A stretch of 64,000 nt of DNA from Pseudomonadota bacterium (GCA_038532855.1 JBCAZT010000002.1:1557-65556), one strand, 5' to 3'; positions 29,665 through 38,866 are shown, counted from the first letter of the stretch. The notes: generated from the sequence alone by a model not told the origin. Numbers and translations are program-made.

Positions 29665-30138
29665 TTATGCCGACTTTTCAGCGAAAAGGCGATCAGAGAT
29701 GCGATCAAGGCTAAACAGTCCGCCACCGCGTGAGATCAATACGAGAGCCAAGGCAATCGGCGTAATAGCCCAACCCCAGAAATGGTCCGCCGTTGGGAAG
29801 ACGAAAATCTGAATGACCAGCGTCATGACCATCAATGCAACCGCCGAAAAGCGCGTGAACAAGCCAACAAACAAGAGCAGCGGAAACGCAAACTCTGCAT
29901 AGGTGGCCATTGGCACTGCCAAATCGGTTGGAAGTGGCAATCCGGCAAACTCATTTTCGAACAGGAAATACTGGATTTCATCGATTTCGAACCAAGTGCC
30001 TTCAACCACTTTGGTTTTGTAGGAACGCCAGAAAATCAACGCCAGCGCACAGCGCGCAAGCACCAGGCCAACGGCTTCCATGAAAGTGCCGGAAAGAAAG
30101 CTAACAAGGCTGCGATATAAAGAAGTGATTGTGTTCAT
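29665..30138 (-). CDS. DoxX family membrane protein
   Basis: 157 aa, 4 TM. ARCALALIFWRSYKTK...FAFPLLLFVGLFTRFSAVALMVMT is typical of DoxX. Confidence 0.85.
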   Translation of the reverse strand: MNTITSLYRSLVSFLSGTFMEAVGLVLARCALALIFWRSYKTKVVEGTWFEIDEIQYFLFENEFAGLPLPTDLAVPMATYAEFAFPLLLFVGLFTRFSAVALMVMTLVIQIFVFPTADHFWGWAITPIALALVLISRGGGLFSLDRISDRLFAEKSA

Positions 30139-30208
30139 TGTGTCCTCCTAAGACCGAAGGCGCGGTGTTACATGCCTGAGCACCGCCGCCCTCGCCTCTT
30201 TCTATACG

Positions 30209-30490
30209 TTACCGTTTGATCGGCTTGAGTGAACCATTGCCTTTGGGCGTTTTGATTTTGGTGCAGGTGCCCTTGTTTACCAATTTCCAGGCATTGCCCT
30301 GCCAGTCCCGAGTGGAAGTGCCAGCGCAGCTTGTGCCTGGGCCTGCGGCGCAATCATTTTTGCCGGCTTTCGATACGCCGTAGCATTTTTCTTTTGCGCC
30401 TTGTGCTGCAACCGGAGTTGTCGCGAGGCCTGCTGCAATACCTGCGGTAAGCGCAAGGCCTGCAAAATTTGTGATCGTCTTGGTGTTCAT
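30209..30490 (-). CDS. bufA: DUF2282-type Cys-rich secreted peptide (bufferin-like RiPP precursor)
   Basis: Track ORF 30209..30718 is over-extended. The ATG at 30490 gives 93 aa: a Sec signal [31 protein letters not shown], then [43 protein letters not shown] (4 Cys). Confidence 0.8.
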   Translation of the reverse strand: MNTKTITNFAGLALTAGIAAGLATTPVAAQGAKEKCYGVSKAGKNDCAAGPGTSCAGTSTRDWQGNAWKLVNKGTCTKIKTPKGNGSLKPIKR

Positions 30491-30553
30491 CAGGGGTCTC
30501 CAAAAAAATTCTATTTCGTCGTGTCCGGCGCGATTGCCGGTGATGACATGCCA

Positions 30554-30579
30554 TTCGCCGCGAGACGCAAGACGGTTAC
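30554..30579 (-). promoter_or_regulatory. putative ECF (SigF-type) promoter GTAACC-N16-CGAA for bufA-doxX-sigF-nrsF
   Basis: Plus strand reads TTCG(30554-57)-N16-GGTTAC(30574-79), which is GTAACC-N16-CGAA on the minus strand. It lies about 63 nt upstream of the bufA ATG. Confidence 0.5.
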
Positions 30580-30635
30580 AAACGGACCGATATTTTTCGA
30601 ATTTTTGTGAATTTACGCTCTGATCCAGGCACTTT

Positions 30636-30661
30636 GTAACGCTTGGCCGCTCCAGCGCGAA
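30636..30661 (+). promoter_or_regulatory. putative ECF (SigF-type) promoter GTAACG-N16-CGAA for DUF692-DUF2063
   Basis: GTAACG 30636-41, a 16-nt spacer by direct count, CGAA 30658-61. Back-to-back with the minus-strand copy. Confidence 0.45.
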
Positions 30662-30883
30662 TTGCTGCATATAACATGCCCGATTGGGCGGTTTGCGCGC
30701 TCTATCGGTTTGCTTCATTGCCTTTCAGAGCGTTGGCCGTCCGGCAGTCTGACGATGGCTTATGCGTTTTTATCTCTTGCACCTGACCACCCCACCGCAG
30801 GGGTGAAAGCGCGCAGGTTATTCGCCAGACTGCCACCTTTATTGGGCCAAGAAATTTCAAGCGAACCCTGTTAGGAACACATT

Positions 30884-31756
30884 ATGGCTCAGCCACAAAC
30901 ACAGATCGCCCCCTTTGCAGGCTTTGGCCTTGGCTTTCGATCCGAGCACTTTGCTGATTTTTTGGACGCGCCCAACGATGCGCGTGTCCCTGTCGATTTT
31001 CTCGAAGTGATCAGTGAAAACTACATGGTCGATGGCGGCCGTCAGCTTCGCATTTTAGATGAAGCGCGCGCGCTATATCCCGTGATCTTACATGGCGTTT
31101 CGATGTCGATCGGTTCGGCTGAGGGGTTGGATCGTGATTACCTTGCGCGGTTGAGAGCCTTGGCTGACAGAATAGAGCCGCTTTGGGTGTCGGATCATTT
31201 GTGCTGGACCCGAACGAGCGCGCATAACAGCCACGATCTGCTCCCCCTACCGCTTACCGAAGCGGCGCTTGGCGCAGTGTGCGACAATATCGACCACGCG
31301 CAGGAAACGCTGGGCCGTGCGATGCTGTTTGAGAACCCATCGAGCTATCTAACCTTCCCCGAAGACGAGATGAGTGAGTGGGAGTTCCTCAGTGAGATGA
31401 CCCGCCGCACTGGCTGTTATTTGCTACTTGATGTGAACAATATCTATGTCTCTAGCCAGAACCATGGATTTTCAGCCGATGATTACCTGACCGGGCTTCC
31501 TCTCGACAGAGTGCGGCAAATTCATCTTGCGGGGCATGATCCTGCAACCCCTGAACGCGATATCATTATCGACACGCACGACCGCGAGGTCTGCGATGAT
31601 GTTTGGGCGCTTTATGCCAAGGCTTTATCGATGCTGCCCGGACCGGTGGCCACGATGATTGAGCGCGATGACAACATCCCGCCATTGGTTGATCTTTTGG
31701 AAGAGCTGGATCGGGCGCGGGGCATTGCGCGCGGGCATGCCTTGGAACCTGCTTAG
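30884..31756 (+). CDS. bufB: DUF692 / MNIO family (multinuclear non-heme iron oxidative) enzyme
   Basis: 290 aa. GFGLGFRSEHF...FLEVISENYM...HGVSMSIGS...VSDHLCW...FENPSSY...LLLDVNNIYVS...IHLAGH is typical of UPF0276/DUF692. Confidence 0.9.
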   Translation: MAQPQTQIAPFAGFGLGFRSEHFADFLDAPNDARVPVDFLEVISENYMVDGGRQLRILDEARALYPVILHGVSMSIGSAEGLDRDYLARLRALADRIEPLWVSDHLCWTRTSAHNSHDLLPLPLTEAALGAVCDNIDHAQETLGRAMLFENPSSYLTFPEDEMSEWEFLSEMTRRTGCYLLLDVNNIYVSSQNHGFSADDYLTGLPLDRVRQIHLAGHDPATPERDIIIDTHDREVCDDVWALYAKALSMLPGPVATMIERDDNIPPLVDLLEELDRARGIARGHALEPA

Positions 31757-31758
31757 AT

Positions 31759-32550
31759 ATGGCTTCATCTGGTCTTGCCGAACGCCAAGCGGCTTTTATG
31801 CGTGCTATTCTGGATGATGGCGCACCACTGCCTGAAGGCTGGGGCAATTCGCAAAGCGCAGGCATGGCTGTTTATCGCGGCAATTACCGGTCCGCGGTAA
31901 TGGATGCGCTTGCCAGCAGTTTTGAACGCACCGCTCGCTATGTTGGCGGTGATGCTTTCCAGCAAGCCAGCATGCACCATGCGATCACCCATCCGCCATC
32001 GCATTGGACAATCGATGCGGTGGGCGAAGGGTTTGATGCAACCTGCGCTCAATTGTTTGCAGACAATCCCGAAGTGGCTGAGCTTGCATGGCTCGAATGG
32101 ACCATGCTGAACGCGTCGCGGTCAGCCGATAGCGAAGCGGTACAAGCTGCCCCGTTCGCTGAAGCCTCTGTCAATTTTGGCGATGAGGATTGGACATCCT
32201 TGATGCTTACCTTTCAGCCCAGATCCGCTGCTCGAATAGTGGAGCATGATCTGGCTGGCATGTGGCGTATGCTTGATGAGGAGGCTGAGGAAACCGCTGA
32301 ACTGGGGCCACAACAGCCGCGAGGCGTTCTGGTTTGGCGAGAGGGCGAACGCCCCACATTCCTGATGGTTGATCCCGATAACGCGCTCGCATTTTCTGCG
32401 ATGATCGAAGGCGCAAATTATGGCGAGGTCGTTGGCTTATTGGCGGGCGAAGAACCAGATGCAGACAGCATACAAGCAGCAGCGATGAAAGCGGGTGAGG
32501 CGCTTGGTCTGTGGCTGAATGAAGGGCTGATCGCTTCGTTCCAGACTTGA
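31759..32550 (+). CDS. bufC: DUF2063 domain protein (MNIO partner, BufC-like)
   Basis: 263 aa. N-terminal RQAAFMRAILDD...GMAVYRGNYRSAVMDALASSFERTARYVGGDAF is characteristic of DUF2063. Starts 2 nt after the DUF692 stop. Confidence 0.8.
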   Translation: MASSGLAERQAAFMRAILDDGAPLPEGWGNSQSAGMAVYRGNYRSAVMDALASSFERTARYVGGDAFQQASMHHAITHPPSHWTIDAVGEGFDATCAQLFADNPEVAELAWLEWTMLNASRSADSEAVQAAPFAEASVNFGDEDWTSLMLTFQPRSAARIVEHDLAGMWRMLDEEAEETAELGPQQPRGVLVWREGERPTFLMVDPDNALAFSAMIEGANYGEVVGLLAGEEPDADSIQAAAMKAGEALGLWLNEGLIASFQT

Positions 32551-32599
32551 CTTAAGCGCGCATCGCTTCACTCTCTCCCACAAGAGAGAGGGTCATCGC

Positions 32600-33538
32600 A
32601 TGCTTACCACACCAATCACACAAATACGCAGCCAAAAGCCGAGCCTTTTGCTCAAAACCGTGAAGTGGGTGATGTCGCGTCGCACGCCCGTATTCCCGCA
32701 TACCAGCGCGGAATTTCGCGAGTATATGGCCAGCCGAACCTTACCGCTTGATGCCCCCATGCCGTCGAAATTCGCGCAAAAGTACGATGTGAGCGAATGG
32801 GAAGCTGCGGGGCAAAAAGTTGTGACACTGCACCCCAAATCTGGCCCTGCTGAATGGCACATGCTCTATTTTCATGGCGGTGGTTTTGTGCGCCCGATGT
32901 TTAAAGAACATTGGCCGCTGGTTGCAGCGATGATCGATACGTGCGGGGTCAGCGTGACTGTGCCGCTTTATGAAGTAGTGCCTGAAAGCTCGCATCAAGT
33001 GCAGGATGATCTGGCTGATGCGGCTTTTGCCAAGCTTGCTGAAAGCCACGATCCTCAAAAAATCATCCTAAATGGGGATAGCGCTGGCGGGCATATGGCG
33101 TTGAGCCTTGCTTTAAGATTGGCGCGAGCCGGCGGTCCGCAGCCCGGCAAGCTTGCTCTGTTTGCGCCGTGGCTTGATCTCACCATGGCAGACCCAGCTA
33201 TCGAAGCCGTTGAGCCCCACGATATCATGCTGAAAATCGGCACTTTGCGTGAATGCGGTCGAATGTTTGCGGGCGCGCGCGATCCTGCGAGTGGGGAATG
33301 CAGCCCGCTTTTTGCGTCGTCTGAAGACTTATCACTCCTCCCGCCAACGCGCATTTGGACCGGGCAGCACGATCTTTTTATCGTGGATTCGCGCAAATTT
33401 GCCGCGCGCCTCAACGAAGTTGGCGTTGATGCAAAACTGTACGAATATGCCGAAGCCCCGCATGTGTTTATGGCCGTGGTGCCCACACGCGAGGCTAAGG
33501 ATACGCTTAAGCTTTTGAATGAATTTATCGCCGAATAG
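32600..33538 (+). CDS. alpha/beta hydrolase, hormone-sensitive-lipase-like esterase
   Basis: HGGGF oxyanion motif and the GDSAGG nucleophile elbow. Confidence 0.85.
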   Translation: MLTTPITQIRSQKPSLLLKTVKWVMSRRTPVFPHTSAEFREYMASRTLPLDAPMPSKFAQKYDVSEWEAAGQKVVTLHPKSGPAEWHMLYFHGGGFVRPMFKEHWPLVAAMIDTCGVSVTVPLYEVVPESSHQVQDDLADAAFAKLAESHDPQKIILNGDSAGGHMALSLALRLARAGGPQPGKLALFAPWLDLTMADPAIEAVEPHDIMLKIGTLRECGRMFAGARDPASGECSPLFASSEDLSLLPPTRIWTGQHDLFIVDSRKFAARLNEVGVDAKLYEYAEAPHVFMAVVPTREAKDTLKLLNEFIAE

Positions 33539-33544
33539 CCAAGC

Positions 33545-34495
33545 TTAGTCGGAAAATACAGTCCCTGTCATCTCTTCGCTAAGCGCCCACAATTGGTTGG
33601 CTGCATCGGGATCCAGCGCATAGGAACGCACGCCTCCTCTGCGGTTTTCATCGTCAACCTCGGCAACATGGCAATCTTCGCAATAAACGCCGCCTTTGCC
33701 TTCCAATTCGTCAGCCGTGGCAGCCCAGCATGAAGTGGCCGCGCCTTGCGCTTCGTCTTTAAACTGGAAGTCGGGTTCATTGGCCATGATATTCGCCATC
33801 AACCCCTCGCGCATCTTATCATCCATATGGCGGCCCAGATTGGTGTTTATCCCGCCCGGATGCACAGCATAGGCATGGATGCCTTTATCGGCAAAGCGCT
33901 GTTCAAGCCCCACTGAAAACAGCACATTGGCTGTCTTTGAGTGCCCATAGCTTAAGAAAGGATCGTAATCGCGGTTTTCGAAATTGGGATCTTCGAGATT
34001 AACCGGCGCGATTTGGTGGCCACGGCTGGATAGGTTGACGATGCGCTTGTTTGCGCCCGCTTCAACCAAGGGCATCAGTTCTTTGGTGAGCACAAAATGG
34101 CCAAGGTGATTCGTGCCAAATTGGCTTTCAAACCCGTCTTTCGTGTGCGTCTTGGGTGTCGCCATAACGCCTGCATTGTTGATGAGCAGATCGATTGCCT
34201 CAAACCGTTCACGCGCTTCTGCCCCGCATGCACGCACGCTTTCCAATGAGCTTAGATCGCACACAATAGTGTCTAGTTTCGCATCGGGATTTGCGGCGGT
34301 AATCTCTCCAACTGCTGCATCAAGAGTTTCCTGATTTCGGCCCGCGAGGATCACTTTTGCACCCTTGGCTGCCATCGCGCGGACGGTTTCTTTGCCCAGG
34401 CCCGATGTTGCCCCTGTTACAAACACGCGCGTGCCCGAAAGGTCTTTGCCTTCCAGCACTTCGTCGGCGGTGCTGGTTTTTCCAAAAGCGCTCAT
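33545..34495 (-). CDS. SDR family oxidoreductase
   Basis: TGATSGLG cofactor motif, NNAG, YGHSK catalytic motif. Confidence 0.9.
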   Translation of the reverse strand: MSAFGKTSTADEVLEGKDLSGTRVFVTGATSGLGKETVRAMAAKGAKVILAGRNQETLDAAVGEITAANPDAKLDTIVCDLSSLESVRACGAEARERFEAIDLLINNAGVMATPKTHTKDGFESQFGTNHLGHFVLTKELMPLVEAGANKRIVNLSSRGHQIAPVNLEDPNFENRDYDPFLSYGHSKTANVLFSVGLEQRFADKGIHAYAVHPGGINTNLGRHMDDKMREGLMANIMANEPDFQFKDEAQGAATSCWAATADELEGKGGVYCEDCHVAEVDDENRRGGVRSYALDPDAANQLWALSEEMTGTVFSD

Positions 34496-34575
34496 TTTTC
34501 TCTCCCAAAACGATGAAGGGCGCGGATAGCATTGCTACCCGCGCCCCGTCATGTGGTTTTAGTGAGAAAGTCGGA

Positions 34576-35739
34576 TCAGCTCTTTTTGTCGAACTCTTCC
34601 AATTTCTTCGCAGCCCATTCGCGGCCGCCCATACCGAAGGCAAGAGCGCCTGCGACCGACAGGCCGATAACCAGAGCGCCAAAGCCGATGGTCACGATCT
34701 CTTCACCGATATTCATGTTGTTAAGACCCATGAAGGTGAAGACCAGCATCGCACCATAGTGCACTACGGTTCCAGCCATGCTGTTTTCGTTGCCAGCAGA
34801 AACCAGCTTGCCAAGCAGATTGGCAATCAGGAAGCCGACACCGATGATCACTGCGCCGAATGCGACGTTACCGCCGATAGCGAGGACTTGGTTGAGGATG
34901 TTGGTCACCTCTGGGAAGCCAAGCAGGCGTGTCGCAGCGATTGCGAAGAACAAGATGATGCCAACTTGAACGATGCGGGCGATCACTGCTGATGCGCTGG
35001 TGTTTGCTGGAAGCAGACCCATTGCAGCAATCGGACCATCAACGCCCAGGCCGCCAAGAACTTCGGTCAGCAGACTGACGACAAAGCGGCTGATCATATA
35101 ACCAATGCCAAGCAGGATGCCTGCTGCGATGATGTTCGGAATTGCGCCCATGATCATTTCGAGCATGTTGGTCGCAGGCACTGAGATCGACTGAATATCG
35201 AGCACGCCCAATGCACCGATACCGACCGGAATTGCGATCAAAGCATAGATGATCACGCCCAGTGTTTTGGTGATGGTGTTGTTGCCGGTCACTTCATCAG
35301 CGCCCGCTTTGTTAGCCCAGCGATCAAGATCGAGGGTTTGCATAGCAGTCACTGCGATGTCGCGAACGATCCCTGCGATCATCAAGCCGATGAACATCAA
35401 CAGGCCTGCGCTAAAGAGGCGCGGTACATAAGCCATGATGGTGTTCAAAAGTTCGTTGATTGGCCCAGCAACGCCGCCCAGTTCCAGCACATCAAGAATG
35501 GCGAGAAGGCCGAACAGCCAGACAAGCAGCGAAACGATCTTGCCAAGCGACATGCCGACGCTGGTGCCGCTGCTGGTGTTGCGATCAAGGAATGGAACGC
35601 GGCTGACAAGAGCGGCAAAAGCGCGCTTTGCAATGCCAGCGATGATCCAGGTGACGAGTAAGATGCCAAGCGCAAAGAGCGCTTTCTGACCTAAGGCCAA
35701 AGCCAGGTCGGCATCAAAAGTGTATTGTCCAATTTGCAT
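34576..35739 (-). CDS. polytopic membrane protein with repeated conserved-TM-helix units (mechanosensitive-channel-related?)
   Basis: 387 aa made almost entirely of repeated helix pairs with G/A-rich faces. Resembles TM_helix repeat proteins. Assignment is tentative. Confidence 0.5.
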   Translation of the reverse strand: MQIGQYTFDADLALALGQKALFALGILLVTWIIAGIAKRAFAALVSRVPFLDRNTSSGTSVGMSLGKIVSLLVWLFGLLAILDVLELGGVAGPINELLNTIMAYVPRLFSAGLLMFIGLMIAGIVRDIAVTAMQTLDLDRWANKAGADEVTGNNTITKTLGVIIYALIAIPVGIGALGVLDIQSISVPATNMLEMIMGAIPNIIAAGILLGIGYMISRFVVSLLTEVLGGLGVDGPIAAMGLLPANTSASAVIARIVQVGIILFFAIAATRLLGFPEVTNILNQVLAIGGNVAFGAVIIGVGFLIANLLGKLVSAGNENSMAGTVVHYGAMLVFTFMGLNNMNIGEEIVTIGFGALVIGLSVAGALAFGMGGREWAAKKLEEFDKKS

Positions 35740-35859
35740 TGATATCCCCTTTTACAATGGTGTGGTAAAACGCTTGCCCAGGGTTTGGGCGTGATTTACG
35801 CGGATGTTAAACCATTTTGCCAAGTCCGTAGGTAAAACCCTGTAAAGGTCGAAAGTGCC

Positions 35860-36951
35860 ATGCCGAAAATCCCTCTTTTCCAAACTCTTAGATCCCTAAT
35901 TTTGCTTAACGCAGCCCTTGCAGGCTTTTGGATTTTGCCCGCTAATGGACAGGATCAGGGGCAAGAAGAGGCGCAAGAACCCAAATGGTCCATCGCGATC
36001 CATGGTGGCGCGGGCACGATCCTTCGCGACAACACGACGCCTGAACAAATCGCACAATATGAGGCGGCTTTGCAGCAAGCGCTGGATGCTGGCGCTGCTA
36101 TCTTGGCTGATGGCGGAAGCGCAATGGATGCGGTCAAAGCCGCGATTGTTCCAATGGAAGACAATCCGCTGTTCAATGCAGGGCGCGGCGCGGTCTTCAC
36201 TTGGGAGGGCGAAAACGAGCTGGATGCCTCGATTATGGATGGCCGTGATCGCAGCGCAGGGGCGGTTTCGGGCGTCAAATCGATCAAGAACCCGATCCTT
36301 CTGGCTGACTCCGTACGAACAGACAGCCCGCATGTTTTCCTAAGCGGCGCTGGCGCAGAACAATTTGCAGGCGACAAGGGATTGGAAACCGCACCGCCAC
36401 AATGGTTCGCAACCGAGGGACGCAAGAAATCGCTCGAACGCATGAAAGCCAGAGCGCTGTCATCGCTTGATGTGGATTTGAAATTCGGGACTGTTGGCGC
36501 TGTCGCTATGGATCAGGATGGTAATCTTGCAGCTGGCACATCCACCGGCGGGATGACAGGCAAACGCTGGGGCCGGATTGGCGATAGCCCGGTCATTGGC
36601 GCGGGCACCTATGCTGACAATCGCAGCTGTGCGGTTTCTGCGACAGGCTGGGGCGAATATTTCATCCGTGTTGGGGTCGCGCAGGAGATATGCACCCGGT
36701 TGCGCATGCTAGAAGGCTCCAATTACTTGCGCATGGGACCCGGCGATGTGCCCCGGCAAGAAATCGTCGCAATGACGCAATTTGCAGCTGATGCAGTGAT
36801 GGAAGAGGTGAAAGAGCTTGGTGGGGATGGCGGTATCATTCTTGTCACTCGCAATGGCGATGCGCTTTACAGCTTTAACACACCGGGCATGTACCGGGGC
36901 CGCGCGACGAGTGAAGGCGTTAGCGAGGTCGCGATATTCGATGAGGAATAG
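35860..36951 (+). CDS. iaaA: isoaspartyl peptidase / L-asparaginase (Ntn hydrolase)
   Basis: Signal peptide. IAIHGGAG, autoprocessing site GTVGAVAMD, GAGTYA. Confidence 0.9.
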   Translation: MPKIPLFQTLRSLILLNAALAGFWILPANGQDQGQEEAQEPKWSIAIHGGAGTILRDNTTPEQIAQYEAALQQALDAGAAILADGGSAMDAVKAAIVPMEDNPLFNAGRGAVFTWEGENELDASIMDGRDRSAGAVSGVKSIKNPILLADSVRTDSPHVFLSGAGAEQFAGDKGLETAPPQWFATEGRKKSLERMKARALSSLDVDLKFGTVGAVAMDQDGNLAAGTSTGGMTGKRWGRIGDSPVIGAGTYADNRSCAVSATGWGEYFIRVGVAQEICTRLRMLEGSNYLRMGPGDVPRQEIVAMTQFAADAVMEEVKELGGDGGIILVTRNGDALYSFNTPGMYRGRATSEGVSEVAIFDEE

Positions 36952-36977
36952 ACCGCGCCTTTACGCTCAGTCGATCG

Positions 36978-37931
36978 TTAGAACGGATTGATCTTGGACC
37001 AGCGATAATCGCCAAGGACAAAATCGGTGATGACTTTACCGACTTGTTCCAACACTGCCTCTGATGCGGGATCAAGATTGTCGTGCGTTTCACGCGTTCT
37101 GTAATAGGTGGCAAAGGTGACAGGCGCTCTTGGTGTGTCCCCTTTGGGTGGGGCTTCTGCAAAACCAATGTCGACATAGATGCTGCCTGCGCCCGGAATG
37201 AAGGCGGTGCCCGTTTTGTCACCCCCAATCCAGCCTTCTTCAAGGCCTGCGCGCACACGGTTTTTGCCCGTGTTCGTATCGATCATCCATTGCCTTAACG
37301 TTGCCCGCTGGGCTTCCGGCAGAACATCGCCATAAACCAGTTTCGCCACCGTTCGCGCCATTGCCGTTGGCGTGGTCGTATCGCGCACTTCGGTTATGGG
37401 GACATTGTTGAGTGATGGCTCCAACCGATCAATCCGGCTCACATCATCACCAATAGAACGCCAAAAGCCCGTAAGTGCCGCTGGCCCGCCGAACTCGCGC
37501 AACAGAACATTGGCTGCGGTGTTGTCAGATGTGACCTGCGTTGCCCGCGCCAGATCGAGCATGCTTGCCCCTTCTACGACGCGCTCTTTTGTATAGGGTG
37601 AGAAAAACACCAGTTCATCCTCGCTCCAGCGCACGATGCGGTTGCCATCGATTTCGCCGTTTGCATGGCTGCTCAACACCTTGGCAGCGAGGGACAATTT
37701 GAATGAAGAGCAATGGCCAAAGCGCATTGTCCGGTTAAGCCCGATCGATAGGCCGCTTTGCGGGTCGAACACTTCTGCGCCCAGTGTCCCGCCTGCATTA
37801 GCTTCAATAATCCGCAACCGCGACTGGAGCCTTCCCAAGGGGCTCTGATCAGGCGGGAGGCAACCGGACAGGCCAAGCGCGAAGCCTGATCCAATCGCTG
37901 CGCGGCGTGTGAAATTTGGCGTGCGGGTCAT
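36978..37931 (-). CDS. class A beta-lactamase, Tat/lipoprotein-type leader
   Basis: All four class A signatures are present: S-x-x-K (CSSFK), SDN, E-x-x-LN (RLEPSLN) and KTG (GDKTGT). Leader FTRRAAIGSGFALGLSGC. Confidence 0.85.
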   Translation of the reverse strand: MTRTPNFTRRAAIGSGFALGLSGCLPPDQSPLGRLQSRLRIIEANAGGTLGAEVFDPQSGLSIGLNRTMRFGHCSSFKLSLAAKVLSSHANGEIDGNRIVRWSEDELVFFSPYTKERVVEGASMLDLARATQVTSDNTAANVLLREFGGPAALTGFWRSIGDDVSRIDRLEPSLNNVPITEVRDTTTPTAMARTVAKLVYGDVLPEAQRATLRQWMIDTNTGKNRVRAGLEEGWIGGDKTGTAFIPGAGSIYVDIGFAEAPPKGDTPRAPVTFATYYRTRETHDNLDPASEAVLEQVGKVITDFVLGDYRWSKINPF

Positions 37932-38866
37932 GAAAACTTATCGGCCTTTCTTTTGCCAAAGCGCATGTCCCCTTCGAGCTTGGCCCGCAATTGCGCGTAA
38001 AAGGATTCTAGGAATGCGCGTTCATCGCCAGCGCCCGGGTCCCAACCGATTTTGCGGCAAATTGTTTCATGCACCGCAGATAACGCTTCTGGTTCGGCCT
38101 CGCGAAGCATCCGTTCCAAGGTCTGCAATTCGCGTTCGCCATAGATCGACAATTCTTCATCGCCAAAGTCATAGCGAACACCGGTTACCGCGCTTGTGCC
38201 TTTGGCCGCACCTTGGGTGGAAAGCGTGTCAGCGAGCTTGGTTCGCGGGGCTTCAACCACCCATGTACCAGCAATAACATCGCCGGCTCGCAGGGCATCT
38301 TTGTTGAAGAAGGGAAACAGCAAGAAGATTAAGAACCAAATCGTCGCCGCCCAAATCGCGCCGCCCAAATCCTGTTCAACGGAACTCATGACTGCCAGTG
38401 TCAGCAAAAAAACGAGCGGGTAGAATATCTCGATATCGCGAAGCAGGTTGCGCGCGATCACCGCTTCTGGTGTCAGCCTTGCCCCTCCATGGGCTGCGAC
38501 CCTGATCCCGACAGCGCGCTTGCCCAAGGTGGCACCGCGTGGCCCCAATTCCTGCGCTAAGAAATATCCATACCAAGCGACAAATCCTGAAATAATCGCC
38601 ATGACTGCCAAAAATTCGCGGGCATTGGAGGCCTCTGCATCATCGGCGATAACGCCTGTGTCAAACAGCCCGCCTGCAATCCAGCTAATGATCCAAATGG
38701 CCAAGATAAGCGCCAGCATGAGGATCAAGAAATCTAAGATCAGCGCCCCAGCACGCGACCCGCGCGAGGCGACAACCATCGGCACAGCGATCCCTTCCGG
38801 CGTGATGAGTGTGCGCTCTCTTTTGTTGGCTGGTGTGCCGTTTGCAATCGCAGCGCTCGTGCTCAT
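37928..38866 (-). CDS. RDD family membrane protein
   Basis: 312 aa. RAGALILDFLILMLALI...LGKRAVGIRV is typical of an RDD domain, followed by a soluble C-terminal domain. ATGA overlaps on both sides. Confidence 0.75.
   Translation of the reverse strand: MSTSAAIANGTPANKRERTLITPEGIAVPMVVASRGSRAGALILDFLILMLALILAIWIISWIAGGLFDTGVIADDAEASNAREFLAVMAIISGFVAWYGYFLAQELGPRGATLGKRAVGIRVAAHGGARLTPEAVIARNLLRDIEIFYPLVFLLTLAVMSSVEQDLGGAIWAATIWFLIFLLFPFFNKDALRAGDVIAGTWVVEAPRTKLADTLSTQGAAKGTSAVTGVRYDFGDEELSIYGERELQTLERMLREAEPEALSAVHETICRKIGWDPGAGDERAFLESFYAQLRAKLEGDMRFGKRKADKFS

Noticed and set aside
30662-30874. 70-aa TTG-initiated ORF in the leader upstream of the DUF692 gene, considered as a possible second precursor peptide
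   Set aside because: It has a non-ATG start without an RBS. It has no signal peptide and no Cys pattern resembling the DUF2282 core. I keep it only as an unexplained long leader.
32571-32590. ctctctc-N6-gagagag hairpin after the DUF2063 gene, considered as a terminator
   Set aside because: It has only a 7-bp AT/GC-mixed stem with no U-tract, and the esterase ATG follows within 10 nt. That is too weak to call a terminator. I mention it only as a REP-like palindrome.
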